DNA from: Mycolicibacterium smegmatis
GTDB lineage: Bacteria; Actinomycetota; Actinomycetes; Mycobacteriales; Mycobacteriaceae
Length of the DNA stretch: 32,000 nucleotides
Assembly: GCF_001457595.1 (NCBI RefSeq)
Contig: NZ_LN831039.1
Span: 660,001-692,000 of the forward strand
Direction: 5' to 3'
Position 1 is the stretch's first letter, and every line of letters begins with the position of its first letter. The notes under the pieces are model-generated. The model searched no databases. It was not told the DNA's origin and was given only the letters and a program-made list of their open reading frames with translations. The position numbers and the translations under genes are program-made. Shown here in pieces: positions 1-8,478 of the stretch.

Positions 1-32
1 TAGTTTGGTGCGTGCGGTGGTAGTACTGCCTC

Positions 33-815
33 GTGAACATCGACCTCACCGGTAAGACCGCACTCGTCACGGGCTCGACGCAGGGCATCGGACTCGCCAT
101 CGCCGAAACGCTCGCCCGCAGCGGCGCGCGCGTGGCGATCAACGGGCGTACCGCATCGCGTGTCGACGAAACTGTGGCCCAACTGGGCGATCTGGACGTG
201 GTGGGGGTGGCCGCCGACGTCGCGACGCAAAAGGGCACCGAGGCGCTGCTCGAGCAGTTGCCGTCGGTGGACATCCTCGTCAACAACCTGGGCATCTTCG
301 GGGCAGAGCCCGCTCGCGAGATCACCGACGAGCAGTGGCGCAAGTACTTCGACGTCAACGTGCTGGCCGCGGTCCGGCTCATCCGCAGCTATCTGCCGGG
401 CATGATCGAAAAGGGTTGGGGCCGTGCGATTCAGATCGCCAGCGACTCTGCCATCGTGATCCCCGAGGAGATGATCCACTACGGCGTCTCCAAGACCGCG
501 CTGCTCGCGGTGTCCCGCGGATTCGCGAAAGACGCTGCGGGAACGGGTGTCACGGTCAACTCGGTGATCGCCGGACCGACCCACACCGCGGGTGTGGAGG
601 ACTTCGTTTATCAACTCGTCGACAAGTCGCTGCCGTGGGACGAGGCGCAACGGGAATTCATGCGCAAGCACCGCCCGCAGTCGCTGCTGCAGCGCTTGAT
701 CGAACCCGAGGAGATCGCCAACATGGTCGCCTACCTCGCATCGCCGCTGGCGTCGGCCACCACGGGTGGGGCGTTGCGCGTCGACGGTGGTTACGTCGAC
801 GCGATCCTGCCGTGA
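33..815 (+). CDS. SDR-family short-chain dehydrogenase/reductase
   Basis: 260-aa ORF with GTG start. Has the Rossmann motif TGSTQGIGLA, an NNLG motif, and the catalytic YGVSK (YxxxK). Confidence 0.9.
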   Translation: MNIDLTGKTALVTGSTQGIGLAIAETLARSGARVAINGRTASRVDETVAQLGDLDVVGVAADVATQKGTEALLEQLPSVDILVNNLGIFGAEPAREITDEQWRKYFDVNVLAAVRLIRSYLPGMIEKGWGRAIQIASDSAIVIPEEMIHYGVSKTALLAVSRGFAKDAAGTGVTVNSVIAGPTHTAGVEDFVYQLVDKSLPWDEAQREFMRKHRPQSLLQRLIEPEEIANMVAYLASPLASATTGGALRVDGGYVDAILP

Positions 816-831
816 ATTCCCGGCGCGGCGC

Positions 832-1140
832 TCAGGACGTCAGCGCGGCGCCGGGGAAAGCCAGGCAGAACAACGACAGTGCCAGCAGGAACCAGCCCGC
901 CCCGTGCCAGATGGGCCAGGTGCCCTCGGCGCGCCACACCTGATAGGTGCGGATGAAGGCCCCGACACCGCCAACGAACATGATGGTGGGAACCAGGATC
1001 GCCGGAAGAAGCGTCCGGTCCATGACATAGAAGATCAAGGCGACGCCGGCGATGGCGACGACGCTCAGAACGTAGGCGACCGCCGAGCGAAAGGTCGCCG
1101 GATCGCGCCAGCGTTTTTCAACATCATTGGTCATGATCAC
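832..1140 (-). CDS. small integral membrane protein (hypothetical)
   Basis: 102-aa ORF (GTG at 1140 or ATG at 1134) with about three hydrophobic helices. Convergent with the SDR gene. No family recognised. Confidence 0.5.
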   Translation of the reverse strand: MIMTNDVEKRWRDPATFRSAVAYVLSVVAIAGVALIFYVMDRTLLPAILVPTIMFVGGVGAFIRTYQVWRAEGTWPIWHGAGWFLLALSLFCLAFPGAALTS

Positions 1141-1180
1141 TCAAAACGGTTGATTGCGGAGCCAGGTTCGAAGCCGGCTC

Positions 1181-1459
1181 TCAGTGCGGGTTGTTGACGT
1201 ACCAGGACAGGCAACCCGGCCAGTGCCTGCACGCGATGATCGCGCCGGCGTCAGGCGCAGCACCACGGACCTTGGGGCTGCGCTGGGGCAGGTTGCAGTT
1301 CACGACGTATGGGTTACCCGGAACCACACCGTTCACACATGGCTGTGCCTGTGCGGTCGGGGTGGTCTGACTCAGAACAGCCGAGGGACCGGCAATCAGT
1401 GCGAAAGCCGCGGCCGTGGTGCCCGCGGCTCGAAGGAGACGTTGCTTAGTAACACTCAT
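1181..1459 (-). CDS. small secreted cysteine-containing protein (hypothetical)
   Basis: 92-aa ORF. The N-terminus looks like a signal peptide (KQRLLRAAGTTAAAFALIAGPSAVLS...AQA/QP). The mature part is about 55 aa with 4 Cys. Confidence 0.5.
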   Translation of the reverse strand: MSVTKQRLLRAAGTTAAAFALIAGPSAVLSQTTPTAQAQPCVNGVVPGNPYVVNCNLPQRSPKVRGAAPDAGAIIACRHWPGCLSWYVNNPH

Positions 1460-1529
1460 TATGTGAGTACCAACCGTTCCGGCCCGCGTTCTATTTCGCC
1501 ACCTTCGACGGTAGACCCGATGTGACTCC

Positions 1530-1570
1530 GCGACCAGGGCGGATCGGAGTTTCCTTCCCGCCCCGGTCGC
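1530..1570 (-). terminator. GC-rich hairpin downstream of the acyl-CoA dehydrogenase gene
   Basis: Arms GCGACCAGGGCGG (1530-1542) and CCGCCCCGGTCGC (1558-1570) pair at 12 of 13 positions with a 15-nt loop. It lies just 3' of the minus-strand stop at 1590. There is no U-tract, as is common in mycobacteria. Confidence 0.35.
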
Positions 1571-1589
1571 AGCGCACGGCCTCGGGTGT

Positions 1590-3794
1590 CTACGGATCGC
1601 GCGGGAGCCCGAGCAGGCGCTCGGCGATGATGTTCAACTGCACCTCGGTGGTGCCGCCGTAGATCGTGGTGGCGCGGCTGGCCAGCAGATACTCGGCCCA
1701 GCGGCCCGGTTCCTCCTGAGGGTCGCCGATCGCGGCGTCGGTGCCGAACGTCGACACCGCGAACTCCGCGTAGCCCTGGCCGGTCTTCATCGACAGCAGC
1801 TTCGAGATCGCCGCGTTGGGCATGGCGTCGCCGCCGGCCAGCGTCAGCAGCGTGGAACGCAGGTTGAGCACCTTTGCGGCGTGCCCCTCGGCGATCAGCT
1901 GCCCGGCGTGGTTCTGCTCGATCTGGTCGAACTGGCCGTCGCGCAGGAACTGCACGAACTGGTCGAGGTTGGCCAGGAAGGGCGGTTCGCTGCTACCGAT
2001 CGACACGCGTTCGTTGGTCAGGGTGTTGCGGCTGACCTCCCATCCGCGGTTGACCTCGCCGAGCACCATGTCGTCGGGCACGAACACGTCGTCGATGAAC
2101 ACCGTGTTGAACATCGCGTTGCCGGTCAGTTCGCGCAGCGGCTTGACCTCGACGCCCGGCGACTTCATGTCGAGCAGGAAGTACGTGATGCCCTGGTGCT
2201 TGGGGGCGTCGGGATCGGTGCGCGCGAGCAGTGCGCCCCACGCCGAGAACTGGGCGCCGGTGGTCCAGATCTTCTGCCCGGTGATGCGCCAGCCCCCGTC
2301 GACCTTGACCGCGCGCGTGGTCAGGCTCGCGAGGTCGGACCCGGCTCCCGGCTCGGAGAACAACTGGCACCAGATCATCTCGCCGCGGAAGGTGGGCGGC
2401 AGGAATCGCTGCTTCTGCTCGTCGGTGCCGAACGCCACGATCGACGGGATGATCCACGACGCGATGCCCATCTGCGGGCGCTTGACGCGACCGGTGGTGA
2501 ACTCCTGGGCGATGATGATCTGCTCGACCGGCGTGGCGTCGCGGCCCCACGGCTTGGGCAGGTGCGGCTGCACCCACCCGCCCTCGGCGATCGCCGCGGT
2601 GCGTTCCTCACTCGGAATGGCTTTCAGCGCAGCGACTTCCGCGCGGATTTCGTCGCGCAGCTTCTCGGTCTCGGGATCGAGGTCGATGTCGACGGGACGC
2701 ATGCCCGTAGCGGTCGCGGTGTCGACGACCTGCTGCGGATGGTCCGCGGCACGGCCGAAGCACGCCGCGAGAAGCAGTGCCCGCCGGTAGTAGACGTTGG
2801 TGTCGTGCTCCCAGGTGAAGCCGATACCGCCGTGCACCTGGATGCAGTCCTGCGTGCACTGCTGGGCGGCGGCAGGGGCCAACGTCGCCGCGACCGCGGC
2901 GGCGAACCCGAAATGCGTTCCCTCGGTACCTTTTTCCCGCACCTCATCAAGGGCCCTGGCCGCGTCCCACACCGCAGCGGTCGCCCGCTCGGTGACCGCG
3001 ACCATGTTGGCGCACTTGTGCTTGACGGCCTGGAACTGACCGATGGGCCTGCCGAACTGCTCGCGGATCTTGGCGTAGCCGGCCGCGGTGTCGGTGGCCC
3101 AGCGCGCGACGCCGATGCTCTCGGCCGACAGCAGCGTCGACATCAACGCCCGCGCCAGCGGCCGGCTCAGGTTCGACAGCACGCGCTCGTCGGCGACCTC
3201 GACGGCGTTGGCACGCACGTGGGCCAGCGGGCGCAGCGGGTCGACGCTGCGGACCGGTTCGATCTCCAGCTGGTCGGCGTCGAGGACCACCCATTCCTCG
3301 CCGGAGTCGATGGCCACCGGGAGCACTAGGATCGACGCCTGCGCGGCGGCCGGAACCGCGCGGACCTCACCGCGGATCACCAGTCCGTCGCCCTGGCGGG
3401 TCGCGGTGAGCGTCGAGTCGAGGGCGTAGGCCGCGATGGCGTCGCCCGACGCCAGCTCGCTGAGCACCTTGGCGTCGGGATCGTGCGCGGAAATCAGCGC
3501 ACTCGCGATCGCCGACGGGACGAACGGGCCGGGCACCGCGCCGTAGCCGAACTCGGCGAGCACGATCGCGAGCTCAAGGATGCCGAAGCCCTGGCCACCG
3601 ACGGACTCGGACAGGTGGACACCCTGCAGACCCTGGTCCGCGGCGGCCTTCCAGTAGGACGGCGGATTGGCTCGGGGGGTCTCCAGGGGAGTTTCCAGCG
3701 CTTCGTGCAGCACGTCGGATGGGGCAACCCGTGCGACGAACGACTTGACCGAACCGGCCAGGTCGATGTGCTCGGACAGGATTGCGATGGGCAT
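1590..3794 (-). CDS. two-domain (tandem-fused) acyl-CoA dehydrogenase, FadE-like
   Basis: 734-aa ORF with two ACAD-like halves. The first half carries IQVHGGIGFTWEHD. The C-terminus carries IYGGTTEVQLNIIAERLLGLPRDP. GGAGG lies 7 nt upstream of the ATG. Confidence 0.9.
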   Translation of the reverse strand: MPIAILSEHIDLAGSVKSFVARVAPSDVLHEALETPLETPRANPPSYWKAAADQGLQGVHLSESVGGQGFGILELAIVLAEFGYGAVPGPFVPSAIASALISAHDPDAKVLSELASGDAIAAYALDSTLTATRQGDGLVIRGEVRAVPAAAQASILVLPVAIDSGEEWVVLDADQLEIEPVRSVDPLRPLAHVRANAVEVADERVLSNLSRPLARALMSTLLSAESIGVARWATDTAAGYAKIREQFGRPIGQFQAVKHKCANMVAVTERATAAVWDAARALDEVREKGTEGTHFGFAAAVAATLAPAAAQQCTQDCIQVHGGIGFTWEHDTNVYYRRALLLAACFGRAADHPQQVVDTATATGMRPVDIDLDPETEKLRDEIRAEVAALKAIPSEERTAAIAEGGWVQPHLPKPWGRDATPVEQIIIAQEFTTGRVKRPQMGIASWIIPSIVAFGTDEQKQRFLPPTFRGEMIWCQLFSEPGAGSDLASLTTRAVKVDGGWRITGQKIWTTGAQFSAWGALLARTDPDAPKHQGITYFLLDMKSPGVEVKPLRELTGNAMFNTVFIDDVFVPDDMVLGEVNRGWEVSRNTLTNERVSIGSSEPPFLANLDQFVQFLRDGQFDQIEQNHAGQLIAEGHAAKVLNLRSTLLTLAGGDAMPNAAISKLLSMKTGQGYAEFAVSTFGTDAAIGDPQEEPGRWAEYLLASRATTIYGGTTEVQLNIIAERLLGLPRDP

Positions 3795-3904
3795 GAATTA
3801 CCTCCACAGGGGCATCGTCGTCCCGAATAACCGGTCGGTTGGATCGAGGGTACCGTGACGTGACCGGGGCCACGTACAGGCTCGATCTGTGGCCCGATCG
3901 GGGT

Positions 3905-4888
3905 CTACCTGGCCTCGTTGACCAGGTGGGCCAGCGGCTCGCCGTCGCGGATGCGGCGGCAGTTCTCGACACCGATCGACAGGTAACGGCGCATGGTGTC
4001 CGCGGTGTACCACGTCACGTGCGGCGTGAGGACGACGTTGTCGAGGCCAAGCAGCGGATGGTCGGCGGGCAGCGGTTCGGTGTCGAACACGTCGAGACCG
4101 GCGGCCGCGAGCCGGCCGCCGCGCAGCGCCTCGATCAGCGCGGCCTCGTCGACGATCGGCCCGCGGGCCGTGTTGACCAGGACCGCGCCGGGTTTCATCG
4201 CCGCGATGGCCTCGGGGCCCAGCAAGCCGCGGGAGGTGTCGGTGAGGGGAAGGTGCAGCGAGACGATGTCACTCGCGGCCAGCAGATCCGGCAGGTTGCG
4301 CCAGCGCGGGTGACCGGTGTCGCGCGTGCTGGTGTGCAGCACCTGCTCGGCACCCATGGCCAGCACGATCCGCTCGACGCGCTTGGCGACGTTGCCGTAC
4401 CCGACGAGGCCCACCGTGCAGCCGCCGATGTCGCGCACGGTGTCGCCCAGGGTGGGATCGGTGGGCCACCCGCGACCGGCGCGCGTGGCGCGGTCCAGCT
4501 GGGGGAGACGCCGAAGCGCCGCCAGCATCAGCAATACCGTGCCCTCGGCGACCGAAGGGGCGTTCGCACCGGGCATGTTGGCCACCAGGATGCCCAACTG
4601 GGTCGCGGTCTCGACGTCGATGGTGTTGACCCCGGCGCCCAGCTTGTGCACGAGGCGCAGCCGCGGCGCGCGGTTCAGGTCGTCGCCGGTGATGGGACGC
4701 AACACATGCCAGAGCACGTCGGCGTCACCGAGTTCGCGGTAGAAGGTCTCGTCGTCCTCCTCGCCGCAGAACCGCACATCGAGCCAGTCGAGGTGCGGCG
4801 CAAGGAAGTCCAGCACGGTGTTGCTCGGTGCGAAGTGCGCGAGCACCCGCACCGTGCCCGGGTTCACCGCCACCGCTTCGCGATCCAT
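3905..4888 (-). CDS. D-isomer-specific 2-hydroxyacid dehydrogenase family, NAD-binding
   Basis: Has GLVGYGNVAKR (GxGxxG), NTARG, DVF..EP and TPH motifs. I chose the ATG at 4888. An alternative GTG at 4867 would form a GTGA overlap with the upstream stop. The track ORF extends to 4960. Confidence 0.85.
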   Translation of the reverse strand: MDREAVAVNPGTVRVLAHFAPSNTVLDFLAPHLDWLDVRFCGEEDDETFYRELGDADVLWHVLRPITGDDLNRAPRLRLVHKLGAGVNTIDVETATQLGILVANMPGANAPSVAEGTVLLMLAALRRLPQLDRATRAGRGWPTDPTLGDTVRDIGGCTVGLVGYGNVAKRVERIVLAMGAEQVLHTSTRDTGHPRWRNLPDLLAASDIVSLHLPLTDTSRGLLGPEAIAAMKPGAVLVNTARGPIVDEAALIEALRGGRLAAAGLDVFDTEPLPADHPLLGLDNVVLTPHVTWYTADTMRRYLSIGVENCRRIRDGEPLAHLVNEAR

Positions 4889-6006
4889 CGCGCGATGGTG
4901 TCGGCCTGCTCGCTGCGCGCACCCGGCGTGGTGAAGTAATGATCGGTGTCGATCGAGCACAGTGTCTTGTCGGAACCCGCCAGCGCGTCGAAGATGCGTT
5001 GTGCGTCAGACGGGTACACGCCGGTGTCCTGATCGGCGTTGATGACCAGCGCCGGGCAGGTGATGCGCGCCAGGTGCGGTTCGGCCCTGGTCTGGGCGTG
5101 CCGCAGGCTCCACATGCCCAGCCAGTTGCGCAGCGTGGTGGCCGCGGCGATGCCGCGGGCCGAGCGGTTCGCCTTGACCGGGACCCCGGCGTAACACAGA
5201 TTCGGCTGACGCCTGGTGGGTTCGATCGTCGGGTCCACCATCCGGGGATCGGCCCACGTGCGCATCACCGTGAACGGGCGGTCCGAGAAACCGGCCGCCT
5301 GCACGCGTTTGAGCTCGAGCTCGGCCCAGTCGGTGATGGCCTCGTTGCGTGCGATCTGTGCCTCCCGATAGCGCGCCACGAAATCCGGTGAGAACGGTGG
5401 ACCGTTGCGCTCGTCGAACAGGTCGAGGTCGGGATCGGTTGCGACAGGGTCGTTCTCGTCGAGGACCGCGCCGTCCATCCACGCGGTCAGCACATCGGGC
5501 CTGCCGGGGTGCGCGGCGCTCGCGACGTAGGCGTCGGCGCGCGGCAGGTCGTTGATGCCGACGGCAGGCCGCATGCCCTCCATCGGTGTGATGTGCGGGT
5601 CGACCGCTTGGGCCTGGTAGGCCGCCATCAACGACCCGCCACCGGAATTTCCGAGCAGCACAACGGTTTCGATGTTCTGGACCTCGCGCAACCAACGCAC
5701 GCCGACGCCGATGTCCACCAACGCGTGGTCCAGCACGAAGCTGCTCTCGAACCCGCGGAAACGGGTGTTCCAGCCCAGGAAGCCGATTCCCCGGGTGGCC
5801 ATGTAGTCGGCGAGGTAGTGCTCGGAGAAATCGATCTGGTAGTGCGTGGCGATCATCGCCACCTTCGGTTTGCGGCCCACGCCGCGGTAGTAGATGCCCT
5901 GGCACGGGTGGCCGCCCGCGCCGGCGCGTCGGGCGGTGGGGGATTCCAGTCCGACGAACTCGCGGATCACGCCTGCCGCCGGTGAGGCCCCGGAGGTTCT
6001 GGTCAT
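4864..6006 (-). CDS. alpha/beta-fold hydrolase
   Basis: 380 aa from the ATG at 6006, which forms an ATGA overlap with the tetR stop. Has the nucleophile elbow GNSGGG. The 5' part of the 523-aa track ORF overlaps tetR in another frame and is Arg-rich, so it is probably noise. Confidence 0.8.
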   Translation of the reverse strand: MTRTSGASPAAGVIREFVGLESPTARRAGAGGHPCQGIYYRGVGRKPKVAMIATHYQIDFSEHYLADYMATRGIGFLGWNTRFRGFESSFVLDHALVDIGVGVRWLREVQNIETVVLLGNSGGGSLMAAYQAQAVDPHITPMEGMRPAVGINDLPRADAYVASAAHPGRPDVLTAWMDGAVLDENDPVATDPDLDLFDERNGPPFSPDFVARYREAQIARNEAITDWAELELKRVQAAGFSDRPFTVMRTWADPRMVDPTIEPTRRQPNLCYAGVPVKANRSARGIAAATTLRNWLGMWSLRHAQTRAEPHLARITCPALVINADQDTGVYPSDAQRIFDALAGSDKTLCSIDTDHYFTTPGARSEQADTIARWIAKRWR

Positions 6007-6638
6007 GGCTGCGGTACCCCCCTGTGATAGATCGTCCGGTAGAAGACGTTCGCGAGCGTCGTGATGCAGGCCGTGTCGTCGACGTCGTCGGCGTTGCCGC
6101 CGGAGAGCTTGGTGTAGCAGAACTGGTTGAGCATCGACACCAGCGCGAGCGCGGTCATCTCGGCGTCGTCGTCGGGGCAGAACCCTTGCCGCTGGGCACG
6201 TTTGATCATCTCGGTGATCAATGATATGGGCAGTTCGCAGATTTCGGCCCAGTACTGCGCAAAATCGTCGCTGACCATCGCCAGCTGCGACACGCTGATG
6301 ATCTCGGCCAGCCGGTGCCGGTAGGTCGCCCAGTGCGCCGAAACGGCCTGATAGGAGCGCTCCCAGTTGGTCAGGCCGGGTTCGCGCGCCGCCTGGGCGC
6401 GATCGCGAGCCTCGTCCCGGAAGCGCAGCGCCCACTCGTGGACCATGGCTTCTTTGGAGTCGTAGTAGTTGTAGAACGACGCGGTGGAACGGTTGGCCTC
6501 GGCGGCGATGTCGGCGATGGTCGTGGCCAGGATGCCCTTGCGCGCGATCACGGTTCGGGCGGCGGCGTCGATGGCGGCCTGAGTCTGGCGGCCGCGCGCG
6601 GTCGGCAGCTGGTCACGCGGGCTGACGGTCACCCACAC
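6003..6638 (-). CDS. TetR/AcrR-family transcriptional regulator
   Basis: The N-terminal HTH region (AAIDAAARTVIARKGILATTIADIAAEANRSTASFYNYYDSKEAM) is typical of TetR proteins. GTG at 6638 or, better spaced from GGAG, GTG at 6632. Confidence 0.9.
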   Translation of the reverse strand: MWVTVSPRDQLPTARGRQTQAAIDAAARTVIARKGILATTIADIAAEANRSTASFYNYYDSKEAMVHEWALRFRDEARDRAQAAREPGLTNWERSYQAVSAHWATYRHRLAEIISVSQLAMVSDDFAQYWAEICELPISLITEMIKRAQRQGFCPDDDAEMTALALVSMLNQFCYTKLSGGNADDVDDTACITTLANVFYRTIYHRGVPQP

Positions 6639-6655
6639 TCCTCGATCATTGATTG

Positions 6656-6683
6656 AACCTGAATCTGATGTTAGATTCAGTTT
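6656..6683. promoter_or_regulatory. palindromic candidate TetR operator in the tetR / VOC divergent intergenic region
   Basis: Perfect 8-bp inverted repeat CTGAATCT (6659-6666), 6-bp spacer, AGATTCAG (6673-6680). It extends to 11-bp arms with one mismatch. It lies between the divergent starts at 6638/6632 and 6725. Confidence 0.5.
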
Positions 6684-6724
6684 CGGAGCCGCGCCAGCGT
6701 TCGGCGCATCGGAGGAGTCTCGAC

Positions 6725-7312
6725 GTGATCAAGCCCGACAATCCCAATTCCGAATTCGAGTTCGGCGGAATCAACCATGTCGCCCTGGTGTGTTCGGACA
6801 TGGAACGCACCGTCGACTTCTACAGCAATGTGCTCGGCATGCCGCTGATCAAAGCGCTTGACCTGCCCGGCGGCATCGGTCAGCACTTCTTCTTCGACGC
6901 CGGCAACGGCGACTGCATCGCGTTCTTCTGGTTCTGCGACGCCCCCGATGGCGTCCCCGGGGTCTCGGCCCCTGCCGCCATTCCCGGTATCGGTGAGATC
7001 GTCAGCGCCACCGGGTCGCTGAACCACCTCGCGCTGCACGTGCCGGCCGAGAAGTTCGACGAGTACCGGCAGAAGCTCAAGGCCAAAGGCGTGCGGGTCG
7101 GGCCGGTACTCAACCACGACGACAGTGAGATGCAGGTATCGCCGACCGTGCACCCCGGCGTCTACGTGCGCTCGTTCTACTTCTTCGACCCGGACGGCAT
7201 CACCCTCGAATTCGCCTGCTGGACCAAGGAATTCAGCCAAGACGACGTCGAGCGGGCCGCTCACGTGGCGCCGCGGACCGACGCCGACCGCTTGGTGGCC
7301 TCGACGAAGTAG
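6725..7312 (+). CDS. VOC (glyoxalase / bleomycin-resistance / extradiol dioxygenase) family protein
   Basis: Has INHVALVCSDMERTVDFYSNVLGMP and LNHLALHV beta-alpha-beta-beta-beta module signatures. The GTG at 6725 is preceded by GGAGGAG (6709-6715). The track ORF starts at 6653. Confidence 0.8.
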   Translation: MIKPDNPNSEFEFGGINHVALVCSDMERTVDFYSNVLGMPLIKALDLPGGIGQHFFFDAGNGDCIAFFWFCDAPDGVPGVSAPAAIPGIGEIVSATGSLNHLALHVPAEKFDEYRQKLKAKGVRVGPVLNHDDSEMQVSPTVHPGVYVRSFYFFDPDGITLEFACWTKEFSQDDVERAAHVAPRTDADRLVASTK

Positions 7313-8121
7313 CCGCGGGGGATACCGGGGACGTCGAGCGGGAACGCCGGCGCGAACCACCGGTTCCAGGCGTTCCCGGGTTCGGCAACGTCGGTGACGA
7401 CGGCTGACCAGCCATGGCGCTCACACAATGCGCCCGGTTCGTCGGTGCCGAACAGCCACGGAGCGCCGCTCTCTTCCATCGACTTTCGTACCGCCGCCAG
7501 CATCACCGTGTCCAGCAACACCTTGCCGACGACGTCGTAGAGCAGCACCGAACCCGGCGCCGACATCGCGTCCACGCGGTCGAACAGGGTGCGCACCGCG
7601 GCCTCGTCCAGATACTGCAGCAGTCCCTCGATCAGCCAGACCGCCGGTCTGTCGGGGTCAAAGCCATTGGACCGCAACGTCTCGGTCCAGTCCTCGGTGA
7701 GATCGACGCCGATCGCGACCCGGCGGCACAGGGCCTCGTCCTCGGCCAGCGCGTCGTTCTTGGCGGCGATGACCGCGGGCTGATCCAGCTCGTAGACGGA
7801 GGTGCCGTCCGGCCAGGGCAACCGGTATGCCCGGGCGTCCAGACCGGCGGCGAGGATGACCACCTGGCCGACGTTCTGCACGGCCCGCAGCAGCGCCTCA
7901 TCCCAGAACCGGGTGCGGACCACGATCTGCAGGGTCATGTTCTCGCCCGCGGCGGCGACCGCGTCGTCCAGCAACTTCTGCCCTGATTCCCCCGCCAGCT
8001 TCTCGGCGAACGGGTCGGTGAACAGCCGGTCGTCGCGGCGGGATTCCCTGGCGCGGATCGCGGCGACCAAGACTCCGGTGTCGGCTACGGCTTTTCCGGG
8101 GGCTTTTCCAGGTTTCTGCAT
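7261..8121 (-). CDS. class I SAM-dependent methyltransferase (mycobacterial TIGR00027 / leucine carboxyl methyltransferase-like family)
   Basis: Has DTGVLVAAIRARESRRDDRLFTDPFAEKLAG and VVILAAGLDARAYRL, typical of this family. I chose the ATG at 8121. The 3' end overlaps the VOC gene by 52 nt. Confidence 0.85.
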   Translation of the reverse strand: MQKPGKAPGKAVADTGVLVAAIRARESRRDDRLFTDPFAEKLAGESGQKLLDDAVAAAGENMTLQIVVRTRFWDEALLRAVQNVGQVVILAAGLDARAYRLPWPDGTSVYELDQPAVIAAKNDALAEDEALCRRVAIGVDLTEDWTETLRSNGFDPDRPAVWLIEGLLQYLDEAAVRTLFDRVDAMSAPGSVLLYDVVGKVLLDTVMLAAVRKSMEESGAPWLFGTDEPGALCERHGWSAVVTDVAEPGNAWNRWFAPAFPLDVPGIPRGYFVEATKRSASVRGAT

Positions 8122-8393
8122 GACGCCATCATGCGCGCTGGGCCGCCCGGGGGGCTTGGATATTTTTGCCCTGAACAACCTTCCAATCATCGAAAAATCC
8201 GAACGATCACAGCGGGAAAATCGCGCTGGACCGATCGATCGTAGTCGTCCAGGCTGTAAGCAGACGGGCCCTACGGTGAGCTCGTACGTAGAAAGTTACT
8301 GCGTCAGCGCGCCTTTGGTCCGGCGCGATGTCTGAGAGGTGCTGGTGGTCACGCGCGCCAATTTCAGCGTTGGTCCGAACCTGACTGGTCCTT

Positions 8394-8448
8394 ATCGCCG
8401 AAGCCGTATCGCCGAAGCCGTACTCAACTACACGATCGCCGAAGTCGG
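8394..8448. repeat. 14-bp tandem direct repeat plus a third degenerate copy
   Basis: ATCGCCGAAGCCGT at 8394-8407 and again at 8408-8421. ATCGCCGAAGTCGG at 8435-8448. Confidence 0.8.
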
Positions 8449-8478
8449 TCGATCGTCAAGTTTCATCGAGGAGCTGCA

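Noticed and set aside
1881-4939. Long plus-strand ORFs (1881-3329 and 3839-4939) opposite the ACAD and 2-hydroxyacid dehydrogenase genes
   Set aside because: These are antisense shadow ORFs with Arg/Gly/Asp-rich, low-information sequences. The opposite strand carries clear enzyme motifs.
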